DNA of 62,990 bases, the filler included. It is 4 parts of 4 records of this genome, joined end to end, with 100 filler letters (N's around TTAATTAATTAA, not from the genome) between each part and the next. Parts side by side here need not be neighbours in the genome. Positions count along the whole stretch, not along the records: positions 1 to 14,588 come from DRR723986_4046; positions 14,689 to 33,307 come from DRR723986_4047; 2 more parts are not named here. One strand, given 5' to 3'. Of the stretch, positions 8,737 to 18,042 are shown piece after piece (position 1 is the stretch's first letter; each line of letters begins with the position of its first letter). The position numbers and the translations under genes are program-made. The notes under the pieces are model-generated. The model saw only the letters and a list, made by a program, of their open reading frames with translations. It ran no database searches and was not told the DNA's origin.

Positions 8737-10644
8737 ATGAAGCCGCTTGATGTGATCACCATCGGCCGGTCCTCGGTCGATCTGTATGGCCAACAGGTTG
8801 GTGGCCGGTTGGAAGATATGGGGTCGTTCCAGAAATATATTGGCGGCTCGCCCACCAACATGGCGGCAGGCACGGCGCGGCTCGGGCTGCGGTCGGCCCT
8901 GATCACGCGGGTTGGCGACGAACATATGGGCCGCTTCATCCGCGAGGAATTGGCCCGCGAAGGGGTCGATGTTCGGGGCGTGACGACAGACCCGGACCGT
9001 TTGACCGCTCTGGTGTTGCTTGGCATCCGCGACCAGGATCAGTTTCCGTTGATCTTTTACCGGTCCGACTGCGCAGACATGGCGCTTTGTGAAGACGACA
9101 TTGACCCCGACTTCATCGGTGAAGCGCGTTCGGTTGTTGCGACGGGGACACATCTTTCCAATCCCCGGACCGAAGCTGCCGTGTTCAAGGCGTTGCAGCT
9201 GGCACGAGAAGCAGGGGCGCAGACGGCACTCGACATCGACTACCGTCCGAACCTTTGGGGGCTGGCGGGCCATGGCGATGGCGAAAGCAGGTTCATCGCG
9301 TCGGCAGACGTGACAGCAAAACTGCAATCGACGCTGCATCTGTTTGATCTGATCGTTGGTACAGAGGAAGAGTTCCACATCGCTGGCGGCACGACGGAAA
9401 CGATCGCGGCACTGCGGGCAGTGCGTGGAGTGTCCGGCGCAACGCTGGTGTGCAAGCGTGGGCCGATGGGGGCGGTGGCCTTTACCGGCGACATTCCCGA
9501 AAGTCTCGACGATGGCCAGACAGGCCCCGGCTTTCCGATTGAGGTGTTCAATGTATTGGGCGCGGGCGACGGGTTCATGTCGGGGCTGCTGAAAGGCTGG
9601 CTGGATGGTGAGGATTGGCCCACGGCGCTGACCTATGCCAACGCGTGCGGGGCCTTCGCGGTCAGCCGCCATGGCTGCACACCCGCCTATCCAAGCTGGG
9701 AGGAACTGCAATTCTTCCTCAAACGCGGCGTGCAACACGCAGCTTTGCGCAAGGACAGCGTGCTGGAAAACGTCCATTGGTCGACCAACCGCAAGGGCGA
9801 CTGGTCCACGATCCGTAGCTTTGCCTTCGATCACCGGATGCAGCTGGAAGAGCTGGAAGGCGCGACCACAGAAAAGATCGGGACGTTCAAGGAACTGTGC
9901 CTGAAGGCGGCCTTGCGGGTGGCTAATGGGCAGCCCGGTTACGGCATCCTCTGTGACGGGCGGCTTGGGCAGGGTGCGCTCTACAAGGCCACGGGAACCG
10001 GGCTTTGGGTCGGGCGGCCAGTAGAATGGCCAGGGTCTCGCCCCCTGATGCTGGAGCCAGAGATCGGCCCGGATTATGGGGGCCTTAATGAATGGCCGCT
10101 CGACAATGTGGTCAAGGTCTTGTGCTTTTGCCACCCGGATGACGACGCGGATATGTGGGCGCGGCAGGAGCAGACCATTCAGCGGCTCTTCCACGCGGCA
10201 CGCAGGAACCGGCTGGAATTTCTGCTGGAGGTCATCCCGTCGAAGGTGGCCCAAGTGGACGACCAGACAACCGCGCAGATCATTCAGCGTTTCTACGATC
10301 TGGGCGTCTACCCCGATTGGTGGAAGCTGGAGCCAATGAAGACTGACGCCGCTTGGCAGGCGGCCTGCGACGCAATCACACGAAACGATCCTTATACGCG
10401 CGGCATCGTCGTATTGGGGCTGGCTGCCGCTGAAAGCGCCTTGCGCGACAGCTTTCAGGTGGCGGCGCGCTACCCGCTGGTCAAGGGCTTCGCCGTGGGC
10501 CGCACGATCTTTGGTGCAGCGGCAGAGGCTTACATGAAAGACAAGATCACCGCCGGTGAGGCGGTCGATCAGATGGCAGACAATTACGCGCGGCTTTGCG
10601 CGTTCTGGGACGAGGCCCGCGCTAGGGCCGAGGAGGCAGCATGA
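8737..10644 (+). CDS. iolC: 5-dehydro-2-deoxygluconokinase fused to DUF2090 (aldolase-like) domain
   Basis: PfkB domain (GRSSVDLY, GGSPTN, NVLGAGD) followed by AFDHR...PDWWKLE...GFAVGRTIF (DUF2090). Confidence 0.92.
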   Translation: MKPLDVITIGRSSVDLYGQQVGGRLEDMGSFQKYIGGSPTNMAAGTARLGLRSALITRVGDEHMGRFIREELAREGVDVRGVTTDPDRLTALVLLGIRDQDQFPLIFYRSDCADMALCEDDIDPDFIGEARSVVATGTHLSNPRTEAAVFKALQLAREAGAQTALDIDYRPNLWGLAGHGDGESRFIASADVTAKLQSTLHLFDLIVGTEEEFHIAGGTTETIAALRAVRGVSGATLVCKRGPMGAVAFTGDIPESLDDGQTGPGFPIEVFNVLGAGDGFMSGLLKGWLDGEDWPTALTYANACGAFAVSRHGCTPAYPSWEELQFFLKRGVQHAALRKDSVLENVHWSTNRKGDWSTIRSFAFDHRMQLEELEGATTEKIGTFKELCLKAALRVANGQPGYGILCDGRLGQGALYKATGTGLWVGRPVEWPGSRPLMLEPEIGPDYGGLNEWPLDNVVKVLCFCHPDDDADMWARQEQTIQRLFHAARRNRLEFLLEVIPSKVAQVDDQTTAQIIQRFYDLGVYPDWWKLEPMKTDAAWQAACDAITRNDPYTRGIVVLGLAAAESALRDSFQVAARYPLVKGFAVGRTIFGAAAEAYMKDKITAGEAVDQMADNYARLCAFWDEARARAEEAA

Positions 10645-12473
10645 CAACAATCCGACTGACCGCAGCGCAGGCGATGGTAAAATACCTCTCCGCGCAAATG
10701 ACGCCTGATGGCGTCCCCTTCATCGCCGGGTGTTGGGCGATCTTTGGTCATGGCAACGTGGCTGGGTTGGGCGAGGCGCTGTATCAGGTGCGGGACGCTC
10801 TGCCGACCTATCGGGGCCATAACGAACAGACCATGGCGCATACCGCGATTGCCTATGCCAAGCAGCTGCGCCGGGATCGGGCGATGATGGTCACCAGTTC
10901 AATCGGGCCGGGCGCGACCAATATGGTGACAGCCTGCGCGCTGGCATATGTGAACCGCCTGCCGGTGCTGTTCGTGCCGGGCGATGTTTTTGCGCATCGC
11001 GGACCCGATCCGGTACTGCAACAGCCAGAAAACTTCACCGACGGCACCGTAACCGCGACCGACACCTTCCGGCCCGTCAGCCGCTACTTTGATCGGATCA
11101 CCCGGCCAGAGCAGCTGTTGACCGCGCTGCCGCGTGCAATGCGCACCATGACCGATCCCGCCGATTGCGGGCCGGTGACGCTGGCCTTCTGTCAGGATGT
11201 GCAGGCCGAAGCGTTCGACTACCCCGAGGCGTTCTTTGAACCCCGCGTCTGGCATCGCCGCGAGGTTCAGCCGGACCCGGCAGAGGTGGCCCGTGTGGTG
11301 GCCCTGCTTGAGGCGGCTGAAAACCCGGTGATCGTCGCAGGCGGCGGAACCCATTACGGCCACGCGACTGGGACGCTGGCAGCCTTTGCCGAAGCGCATC
11401 AGATCCCCGTCGTCGAAACTCAGGCCGGCAAATCTGCGCTGCCCTGGGATCATCCGCTGAACCTCGGCCCCATTGGTGTGACCGGTGCGGAAAGCGCCAA
11501 TTCGGTTTGCGCAGCGGCCGATGTGGTGATCGGCGTGGGGACGCGGTTTCAGGACTTCACCACCGGGTCATGGTCGCTGTTTGCAAACCCTGCGCGCAAG
11601 CTGGTCAGCCTCAACGTGCAGGCCTATGACGCGATGAAGCACGGGGCGGAGCCTTTGTGCTGCGACGCGAAGGCGGGCCTAGAGGCACTGTCGGCAGCAC
11701 TTGGGGCAAAGACCTTCACCGCCCCCAATGCCGCGCTGAAAGCCGATTGGTTCGCCAAGGTCGATCCGCTGACCGACGCGCCCGAGGAAGACGCCAACAC
11801 CCTGCCCACAGATATGCAGGTTGTGGGCGCGGTGCAGCGCAGCGCGGGCCCCGACACCGTTGTGATGTGTGCCGCGGGCACCATGCCCGGTGAACTGCAC
11901 AAGCTGTGGAAAGCGGGCCGTCCCGGCAGCTATCACATGGAATACGGGTTCAGCTGCATGGGATATGAGATTGCCGGTGCGCTTGGCATCTGCATGGCTG
12001 AACCGGATCGCGACGTGGTCTGCTTCACCGGTGACGGCACCTATATGATGGCGAACTCGGAACTGGCCACGGCCTGCATGATGGGGGTGAAGTTCACGCT
12101 GGTGATTACCGACAACCGGGGATTTGGCTGTATCAACCGGCTGCAAATGGGCACCGGCGGCGAACAGTTCAACAACCTGCTCGACAAGTCCCACCACGTG
12201 AACCCGTCGTCCATCGACTTCGTGGCACATGCAGCGTCCATGGGGGCCAAGGCCGTAAAAGCCGGCAGTATCGCCGAGTTGGAGCACCATCTGGCAAAGG
12301 CCAAGTCTCATGAAGGTGTCTACGCCATCGTGCTGGACACTGACCCCTATCCGTCCACCCCCCATGGCGGCAGTTGGTGGGAAGTCGGCGTACCCGAAGT
12401 CAGCACACGCCCGCAAGTCAACGAGGCGCGGGCCAACTATGAAACCAAGCGCAAGACACAGCGCACCGTCTGA
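10641..12473 (+). CDS. iolD: 3D-(3,5/4)-trihydroxycyclohexane-1,2-dione acylhydrolase (ThDP-dependent)
   Basis: TIRLTAAQA, IFGHGNV, GHNEQ, EYGFSCMGYE and GDGTYMM motifs. Confidence 0.95.
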   Translation: MTTIRLTAAQAMVKYLSAQMTPDGVPFIAGCWAIFGHGNVAGLGEALYQVRDALPTYRGHNEQTMAHTAIAYAKQLRRDRAMMVTSSIGPGATNMVTACALAYVNRLPVLFVPGDVFAHRGPDPVLQQPENFTDGTVTATDTFRPVSRYFDRITRPEQLLTALPRAMRTMTDPADCGPVTLAFCQDVQAEAFDYPEAFFEPRVWHRREVQPDPAEVARVVALLEAAENPVIVAGGGTHYGHATGTLAAFAEAHQIPVVETQAGKSALPWDHPLNLGPIGVTGAESANSVCAAADVVIGVGTRFQDFTTGSWSLFANPARKLVSLNVQAYDAMKHGAEPLCCDAKAGLEALSAALGAKTFTAPNAALKADWFAKVDPLTDAPEEDANTLPTDMQVVGAVQRSAGPDTVVMCAAGTMPGELHKLWKAGRPGSYHMEYGFSCMGYEIAGALGICMAEPDRDVVCFTGDGTYMMANSELATACMMGVKFTLVITDNRGFGCINRLQMGTGGEQFNNLLDKSHHVNPSSIDFVAHAASMGAKAVKAGSIAELEHHLAKAKSHEGVYAIVLDTDPYPSTPHGGSWWEVGVPEVSTRPQVNEARANYETKRKTQRTV

Positions 12474-12484
12474 AAGCACAGCCC

Positions 12485-13390
12485 ATGAGTGTGAAAATCG
12501 GGATCTCTCCCATTGCCTGGCAGAACGATGACCTGCCCGACATCACCGCCGCCTACACGATGGAGCAGGCCCTGAAAGAGGCCCGCGAAATCGGCTATAC
12601 CGGTGTCGAACGCGGTCAACGGATGCCGCATGATACGGATGGCCTGCGCCGCTATCTGGAGACAAATGACATCGTACTGTGCGGCGGCTGGTGCTCGGGC
12701 AATTCGCTGGTCAACAGCGTGGCCGAGGAATGCGCCGCGATCGGCCAGCAGGTGGATCAGTTCGTGGCGCTTGATGCGCCTTGCATCGTCTACGCGGAAT
12801 GTTCCAACACCGTGCAGGGGTTGCAGGACGTGCCGGTCAACAATCGCCCCAAGTTGAACCGGGACGAGGTGCTGGCTTATGCCGCCAAGCTGACCGAGGT
12901 GGCGAAGTGGGTGACGGGGCAGGGAATGACCTTTGCCTATCACCACCACATGGGCTCGATCATCGAAAGCGAAGACGATGTGAACTGGCTGATGGATGGG
13001 TCTGGCCCCGAGCTGCGGTTGTGCTTTGACACTGGCCATATGCTGTTTGGCGGCGGCGACGTGATGGCGGTCATGAACCGGTGGGCCGACCGCATTCATC
13101 ATGTCCACTTCAAGGATATCCGACCTGACATCGTGAAGGACGTGCGCGAAAACAACCGCAGCTTTCTTGATGCCGTGATCGCGGGTGCCTTCACGGTGCC
13201 GGGCGATGGCTGCATCGACTTTCAGGCGGTGGCTGACAAGCTGAAGGCGATGGACTATGCGGGCTGGATCGTGGTCGAGGCGGAACAGGATCCCGCCAAG
13301 GCCCCGCCTTATGAGTATTCAAAACTGGGGTATGAGCATATCCTTCAGGTCTGTGACCGCGCGGGCCTGACGGTCGATGCCCGCGCCTGA
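12485..13390 (+). CDS. iolE: myo-inosose-2 dehydratase
   Basis: PIAWQNDD, YHHHMG, DTGH, HVHFKD, FTVPGDG and VEAEQDP motifs. Confidence 0.95.
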   Translation: MSVKIGISPIAWQNDDLPDITAAYTMEQALKEAREIGYTGVERGQRMPHDTDGLRRYLETNDIVLCGGWCSGNSLVNSVAEECAAIGQQVDQFVALDAPCIVYAECSNTVQGLQDVPVNNRPKLNRDEVLAYAAKLTEVAKWVTGQGMTFAYHHHMGSIIESEDDVNWLMDGSGPELRLCFDTGHMLFGGGDVMAVMNRWADRIHHVHFKDIRPDIVKDVRENNRSFLDAVIAGAFTVPGDGCIDFQAVADKLKAMDYAGWIVVEAEQDPAKAPPYEYSKLGYEHILQVCDRAGLTVDARA

Positions 13391-13409
13391 CCCCTGAAAG
13401 GAACTGCCC

Positions 13410-13616
13410 TTGTTCGATATGCGCCACCCGTTCTTTCGCCCGCTCTGGGTGCGGATTGCCATCGTCGCGGTGTGTTTTGCGTGGGCGACGCTGGAGTTGA
13501 GCCGTGACGAAGGCACCTGGGCGGTGATCTTCGGGGCGATCGGTGGATATGCGGCCTACAACCTGCTGTTTGCCTGGGTGTCGCCGGAGGACGATGAGGA
13601 TAACGACAATGCCTGA
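13410..13616 (+). CDS. Small two-TM membrane protein (HPFFRPLW family)
   Basis: AAAGGAA RBS, TTG start, two hydrophobic helices, acidic tail; overlaps the iolB start. Confidence 0.75.
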   Translation: MFDMRHPFFRPLWVRIAIVAVCFAWATLELSRDEGTWAVIFGAIGGYAAYNLLFAWVSPEDDEDNDNA

Positions 13617-14415
13617 GCTGCTGCGTAAACCCTTTGGCACCCATGGCATGGTGCATCATGTAACGCCCGCCAATGCTGGCTGGCGCTATGTGGGCTTTTC
13701 GCTTTACCGCCTGCGGGCGGGCGACGTGGTGGGCGAAGCCACAGGTGAAACCGAGGTCATTCTGGTGATGGTCGAGGGCAGGGCACGGCTGTCCGGCGCC
13801 GGGCAGGACTGGGGCGAGCTGGGCGACCGTTTGGATGTGTTCGAGAAGACCCCGCCGCACAGCCTTTACCTGCCCAATGGCAGCGATTGGCAGGCAGAGG
13901 CCACCACCGACTGCACGATAGCCGTCTGCGCCGCGCCCGGTCATGGCGGGCACGCAGCCCGCAGGATCGGCCCTGAGGGCATCAATCTGACCGAACGCGG
14001 CAAGGGCACCAATACCCGCTACATCAACAACATCGCCATGGAGGCCGAGGATTACTGCGACAGCCTGCTGGTGACCGAGGTTTTCACCCCTGCCGGCCAC
14101 TGGTCGAGCTATCCCAGCCACCGCCATGACGAAGACGATTTCCCCCGGATCACCTATCTGGAGGAAACCTATTACCACCGGCTGAATCCGGCTCAGGGCT
14201 TTGGCATCCAGCGGGTCTATACCGAGGATGGCACGCTGGATGAGACCATGGCCGTCAGCGATGGCGATGTGGTGCTGGTGCCGCGCGGCCATCACCCCTG
14301 CGGCGCGCCTTACGGGTTCGAGATGTACTATCTCAACGTCATGGCCGGTCCGCGCCGCAACTGGCGGTTCCAGGCAGATCCCGCCGTGCAGTGGATCATG
14401 GATCGGGACGCCTGA
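13609..14415 (+). CDS. iolB: 5-deoxy-glucuronate isomerase
   Basis: WSSYPSHRHD, LEETYYHR, GHHPCG and YYLNVMAGP motifs; start reassigned to ATG 13609. Confidence 0.95.
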   Translation: MPELLRKPFGTHGMVHHVTPANAGWRYVGFSLYRLRAGDVVGEATGETEVILVMVEGRARLSGAGQDWGELGDRLDVFEKTPPHSLYLPNGSDWQAEATTDCTIAVCAAPGHGGHAARRIGPEGINLTERGKGTNTRYINNIAMEAEDYCDSLLVTEVFTPAGHWSSYPSHRHDEDDFPRITYLEETYYHRLNPAQGFGIQRVYTEDGTLDETMAVSDGDVVLVPRGHHPCGAPYGFEMYYLNVMAGPRRNWRFQADPAVQWIMDRDA

Positions 14416-14588
14416 TCTTGTATCTCCCACCGAGATCGAACAGCCAGGCATCCGGGGTATCCGTATCCAGGAAGCGTGGTCTGATTCGTGGCGCAGGGTT
14501 TTCACCTGCCGGACGGGGCGAATCATAACCCGAAATCGTGCGGTTCACTCTGAACCGTGATTCTGTAAGCGTGTATTTCACACGTATT

Positions 14589-14688
14589 NNNNNNNNNNNN
14601 NNNNNNNNNNNNNNNNNNNNNNNNNNNNNNNNTTAATTAATTAANNNNNNNNNNNNNNNNNNNNNNNNNNNNNNNNNNNNNNNNNNNN
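14589..14688. other. Artificial contig-joining linker
   Basis: 100 nt of N around TTAATTAATTAA (stops in all six frames); composition changes across it. Confidence 0.97.
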
Positions 14689-14705
14689 CGACTAACAAAA
14701 AGAAA
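14689..14705 (+). repeat. 17-bp repeat, copy 1 (at contig start)
   Basis: CGACTAACAAAAAGAAA; exact reverse complement at 20344-20360. Confidence 0.7.
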
Positions 14706-14866
14706 AAAAGTAAGCCACAGCGAAGCATGGGGCGAAGCGCTGCTTTGATGGGATTGCTAAGTGAAACGACAAAATAATGCACCACAATTGGCAAACCGTA
14801 GTTGGTTGCGCCAAGGAAGACGGCAATGATCAGCGATCGGGAAACTGGCGCTCAGGGGTGTAGCGA

Positions 14867-15235
14867 TCAGGCGGAAGCGCGGTGGCTGCGCACATCGGGC
14901 GCCAGGAATCCAAGGCGTGAGAGCCGGCCGTCACCAAAATCCATCCACAAAATGCCTTCGACCTGTGTGGGACGACTGTGTGGACGTACGTTGGCAGCGA
15001 CGATATTGCCACAGGGACGCGGATCTTCAATAAGTAAGCGGCCTTCCAGTTGGGCACGCATTGCGGCGGGAAGATCGCGCCGGGCAACACGACGCGGCGA
15101 ATCAGAGATCGAAAAATAGGTTTCGATTTCGTCCTCGAAAACTGCGGGCATGTTCGCGAATGCCGCGCCTTCGATTCCAGCATTGTGGGCGGCAACAATC
15201 GACAGAAATAACTGGCGTGAGTTCATAATCGGCAT
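14867..15235 (-). CDS. Hypothetical protein, possibly NTF2/SnoaL-like fold
   Basis: ~120-aa ORF; helix-helix then beta pattern (AAHNAG..MPAVFEDEI...GDGRLSRL); start uncertain (15235 or 15226). Confidence 0.5.
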   Translation of the reverse strand: MPIMNSRQLFLSIVAAHNAGIEGAAFANMPAVFEDEIETYFSISDSPRRVARRDLPAAMRAQLEGRLLIEDPRPCGNIVAANVRPHSRPTQVEGILWMDFGDGRLSRLGFLAPDVRSHRASA

Positions 15236-15481
15236 ATTTGTTTGGTGTAAAAACATTTGCACGGTCGGCCCCACCTGCAGCCCGGAAATCAGCTACGTGA
15301 CAGCGTTGCGCAGAATATGCCCCTATGGCCGGCGACAATCAAACCCGGAGCGCTGGCCGGGGAATTTCGCAGACGTGACGTTACGAATTGGTAAACCCCT
15401 GGCCGGCTCATCTATGCAGAGGCATCAGGCAGAACGAGCACCTTGCGAAGAAAATGTTGCAATCACGGCTTTGATATTGAC

Positions 15482-15934
15482 CTATGCCAGATTCCTGGAC
15501 ATTTGGTCCAACAGGTTTAAGACAGAACGGCGCTCCGGTGCTGGAATCTTGCGCAGCATGCGTTGCTCTACCTCAGAGGCCAGCGCACGTGCCACCGCCT
15601 CAACCTCGACACCTTTATCCGTGATGGATACCGTGTAACGGCGTTTGTCATCTGCATGCATGAATCGTTCGACATATCCGGCCGCCTCCAGTGCCTCAAG
15701 AATCCGAGTGACGTTGGCGCGATCTTTGTCGGTCAATCCACTCAAAGTTGACTGAGACAGCTGGTTTGCATCGGCAATAACTGTCAGTAATTGCCACTGT
15801 GGCAGAGTAAGCTTTAGTCCGGCATGTTGCAAGGATCGCTGAACTTCGAGCTGCAATCGCCCTGAGATACGACCGAGCAAAAGACCAACTGCATTTGCAC
15901 GCGAAGGTTGTTTTCTGTGTAATTTCTTTTTCAA
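15482..15934 (-). CDS. MarR-family transcriptional regulator
   Basis: LTLPQWQLL, DRANVTRILEALE..GYVER, DDKRR...ITDKG; probable TTG start at 15934 after GAGG. Confidence 0.9.
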   Translation of the reverse strand: MKKKLHRKQPSRANAVGLLLGRISGRLQLEVQRSLQHAGLKLTLPQWQLLTVIADANQLSQSTLSGLTDKDRANVTRILEALEAAGYVERFMHADDKRRYTVSITDKGVEVEAVARALASEVEQRMLRKIPAPERRSVLNLLDQMSRNLA

Positions 15935-16630
15935 AACTGGCCTCACTTTTGACGCACGACGACAAGGTAAAATCAATCTCTAAGCAGTGTTGACAGAGAG
16001 TTTGTGCGGTATCAACAATACACTTGATTCTGCAAGCTGGATTCACGGCTATTGCCATCCACTAGAAAATCAGCCATTCATCCTACAGACTCCTGCTTTT
16101 TCAACTCAAATATAGCATGAATATATTTCTTACAACAATATGAAGCAAACATTTATCGTCGGTAGGATGACATCCGACTGAGATGAAAGAGTTAAAATTG
16201 TCGATCATATGATTGATTTGCCGGTCGTTGAGGCCTTGATGGATTCTGATGATGTTTTTATTCCTGACCTTGAATCCGTATATTTCGAATTGATTCGGTG
16301 TGCGATAACAAGGTTCGGCTTCGGCGCGACTGATGCGCAGGGGTGCAACCATCCTAAAGGGGTTCCATCGCCTTATCGAGTGATCAAAGACGTATTTGCA
16401 CGACTGGTTTCTAGCGGAATCTGCTCCGCCACTTTAACTTGATACCGGCATTTTCGGCCGCCGGTGCTGCACATTTTGATACCGACACATAACTCGACTT
16501 GGTCAAAGAGTTGGTAGTTCGGGCTAGTTATCATGGCCAATCCTGGCAGTCAGCGGATGGACAATCTGTGTGAACTGCTTATGCTTGTTAATCCATTGTG
16601 AGCGTGTCTCCGCTCGACGTACGCTAAAAC

Positions 16631-17854
16631 ATGAATAGTCTCTCAGATATTTCCATTGTTGCAATTGTAGTGCACCCGCATGTCTGGTCAGGCCTGCGCA
16701 GTACTGTTGTACCTCTGGTGCAATCGCTTGAGTCACATTTGCGTGAAGAGACACTAAATCTTGAGTTGACTGAACCAAAAGATATCATCACGTACATATT
16801 TGATGTACATCACGGCCAGGATATCGCCGAGACAGTTCTGACGGACATTGGAGTGCTTGCGCAGCGCGCGCCTGTATTGGCGATTGCCCCCGGTTTGACC
16901 TTTGCCCAGCGTGCCGTGCTATTCAGTGCCGGAGCAGCAGAATGTGTTGACTGTTCCTTTGTTATCGGATTTGGTGCGGCCTTCCGCCGCGCTGCTACCG
17001 ATGCTTTGGCGCGCCGAGCGCAGCACATGCCCCCTTCAGCCACAAAATCGGCCAAGGCAGTGAGTTCGGACGTTAGCTCTAGCAACACTACTGCCAATTC
17101 AGAGCATATGGAACTGCGACGTCGCAACCAGAAATTGCAGGAATTTGTCGGCCTGGTAGCACATGACCTGCGTGTGCCGCTCGACAACATTGTAGCATTG
17201 GCCAATTACCTCTCAACACCGGCACAAGAAGCTGACCCGCGTGCTCTGGCACTGGAAATTCACGACAGCGGCAGTATCGCGCTGGACCTGGTGAACGACT
17301 TGCTGGACCTGACGGCGATCGAAACGGGCTTGCTCGTTCTGGACGTTGAGCCCTTTGATGTTAAGGACTTCCTGAAACATGTGGTGCGCCTGCATGAGAC
17401 TCCACTGCGGCGCAAGTCACTAAAGCTTGAGATCGAGCTGCGCGACGATGTGATGGCCTGTGGCGACCGCAAACGGATTTCACAGGTGCTTCACAATCTG
17501 ATCACCAATGCCATCAAGTTCACACCTGAGGGTGGCCGCATTACACTCAAAGCCGAGAATTGCGCGGACGGCGTGCGCCTGGAAGTTTGTGACTCCGGTG
17601 TTGGAATTGCCTCAGCCGCAATCCCGCGCCTCTTTGACAAATTTGAAAAAGTCTCGACCCCCGGCACTGACGGTGAAGCCGGAACCGGCTTTGGCCTGCC
17701 GCTCTCACAGGAAATTGTGTTGGCACATGGCTCCAGCCTTTCGGTGGAAAGCTCAAAGGATGCGGGCACTCGATTCTGGTTTTTCCTGCCAAGCGCTATC
17801 TCACCTGATGACGCCCAGGAAACGCACGAACAGGTAGAGTCGAATCTGTCATAA
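16631..17854 (+). CDS. Cytoplasmic sensor histidine kinase with a degenerate N-terminal receiver-like domain
   Basis: H-box VAHDLRVPL, N-box NLITNAIKFT, G1 DSGVGI, G2 GTGFGL; no TM segment. Confidence 0.88.
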   Translation: MNSLSDISIVAIVVHPHVWSGLRSTVVPLVQSLESHLREETLNLELTEPKDIITYIFDVHHGQDIAETVLTDIGVLAQRAPVLAIAPGLTFAQRAVLFSAGAAECVDCSFVIGFGAAFRRAATDALARRAQHMPPSATKSAKAVSSDVSSSNTTANSEHMELRRRNQKLQEFVGLVAHDLRVPLDNIVALANYLSTPAQEADPRALALEIHDSGSIALDLVNDLLDLTAIETGLLVLDVEPFDVKDFLKHVVRLHETPLRRKSLKLEIELRDDVMACGDRKRISQVLHNLITNAIKFTPEGGRITLKAENCADGVRLEVCDSGVGIASAAIPRLFDKFEKVSTPGTDGEAGTGFGLPLSQEIVLAHGSSLSVESSKDAGTRFWFFLPSAISPDDAQETHEQVESNLS

Positions 17855-18042
17855 GGCGCAGACCCGTCACCAGGGATGATGCACTCCGGCGACACTCCGG
17901 CAATTTCTTGCATTCGCGTTGTCAGGTCAAAGATTTATACCTTATCTTTAGTCTTCGCATATCGTATTTTCCGCATTCTCTGTACACCCGCCCGGAAAAT
18001 CATACAACAAACGTTTAACACTGGCCGGTCCACGATTCGCCC

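Noticed and set aside
7576-10650. 1024-aa minus-strand ORF
   Set aside because: Antisense shadow of iolG and iolC in high-GC DNA; no recognisable motifs.
14416-14588. Short hairpins after iolB as a structured RNA
   Set aside because: Stems are short, there is no recognisable riboswitch or sRNA motif, and the region is cut by the contig end.
16140-16517. Frame interrupted by two TGA codons (selenocysteine, recoding or pseudogene?)
   Set aside because: No recognisable protein family, Sec-type motif or SECIS; TGA is a normal stop on this contig (20208, 32249). It may be a decayed ORF but cannot be supported.
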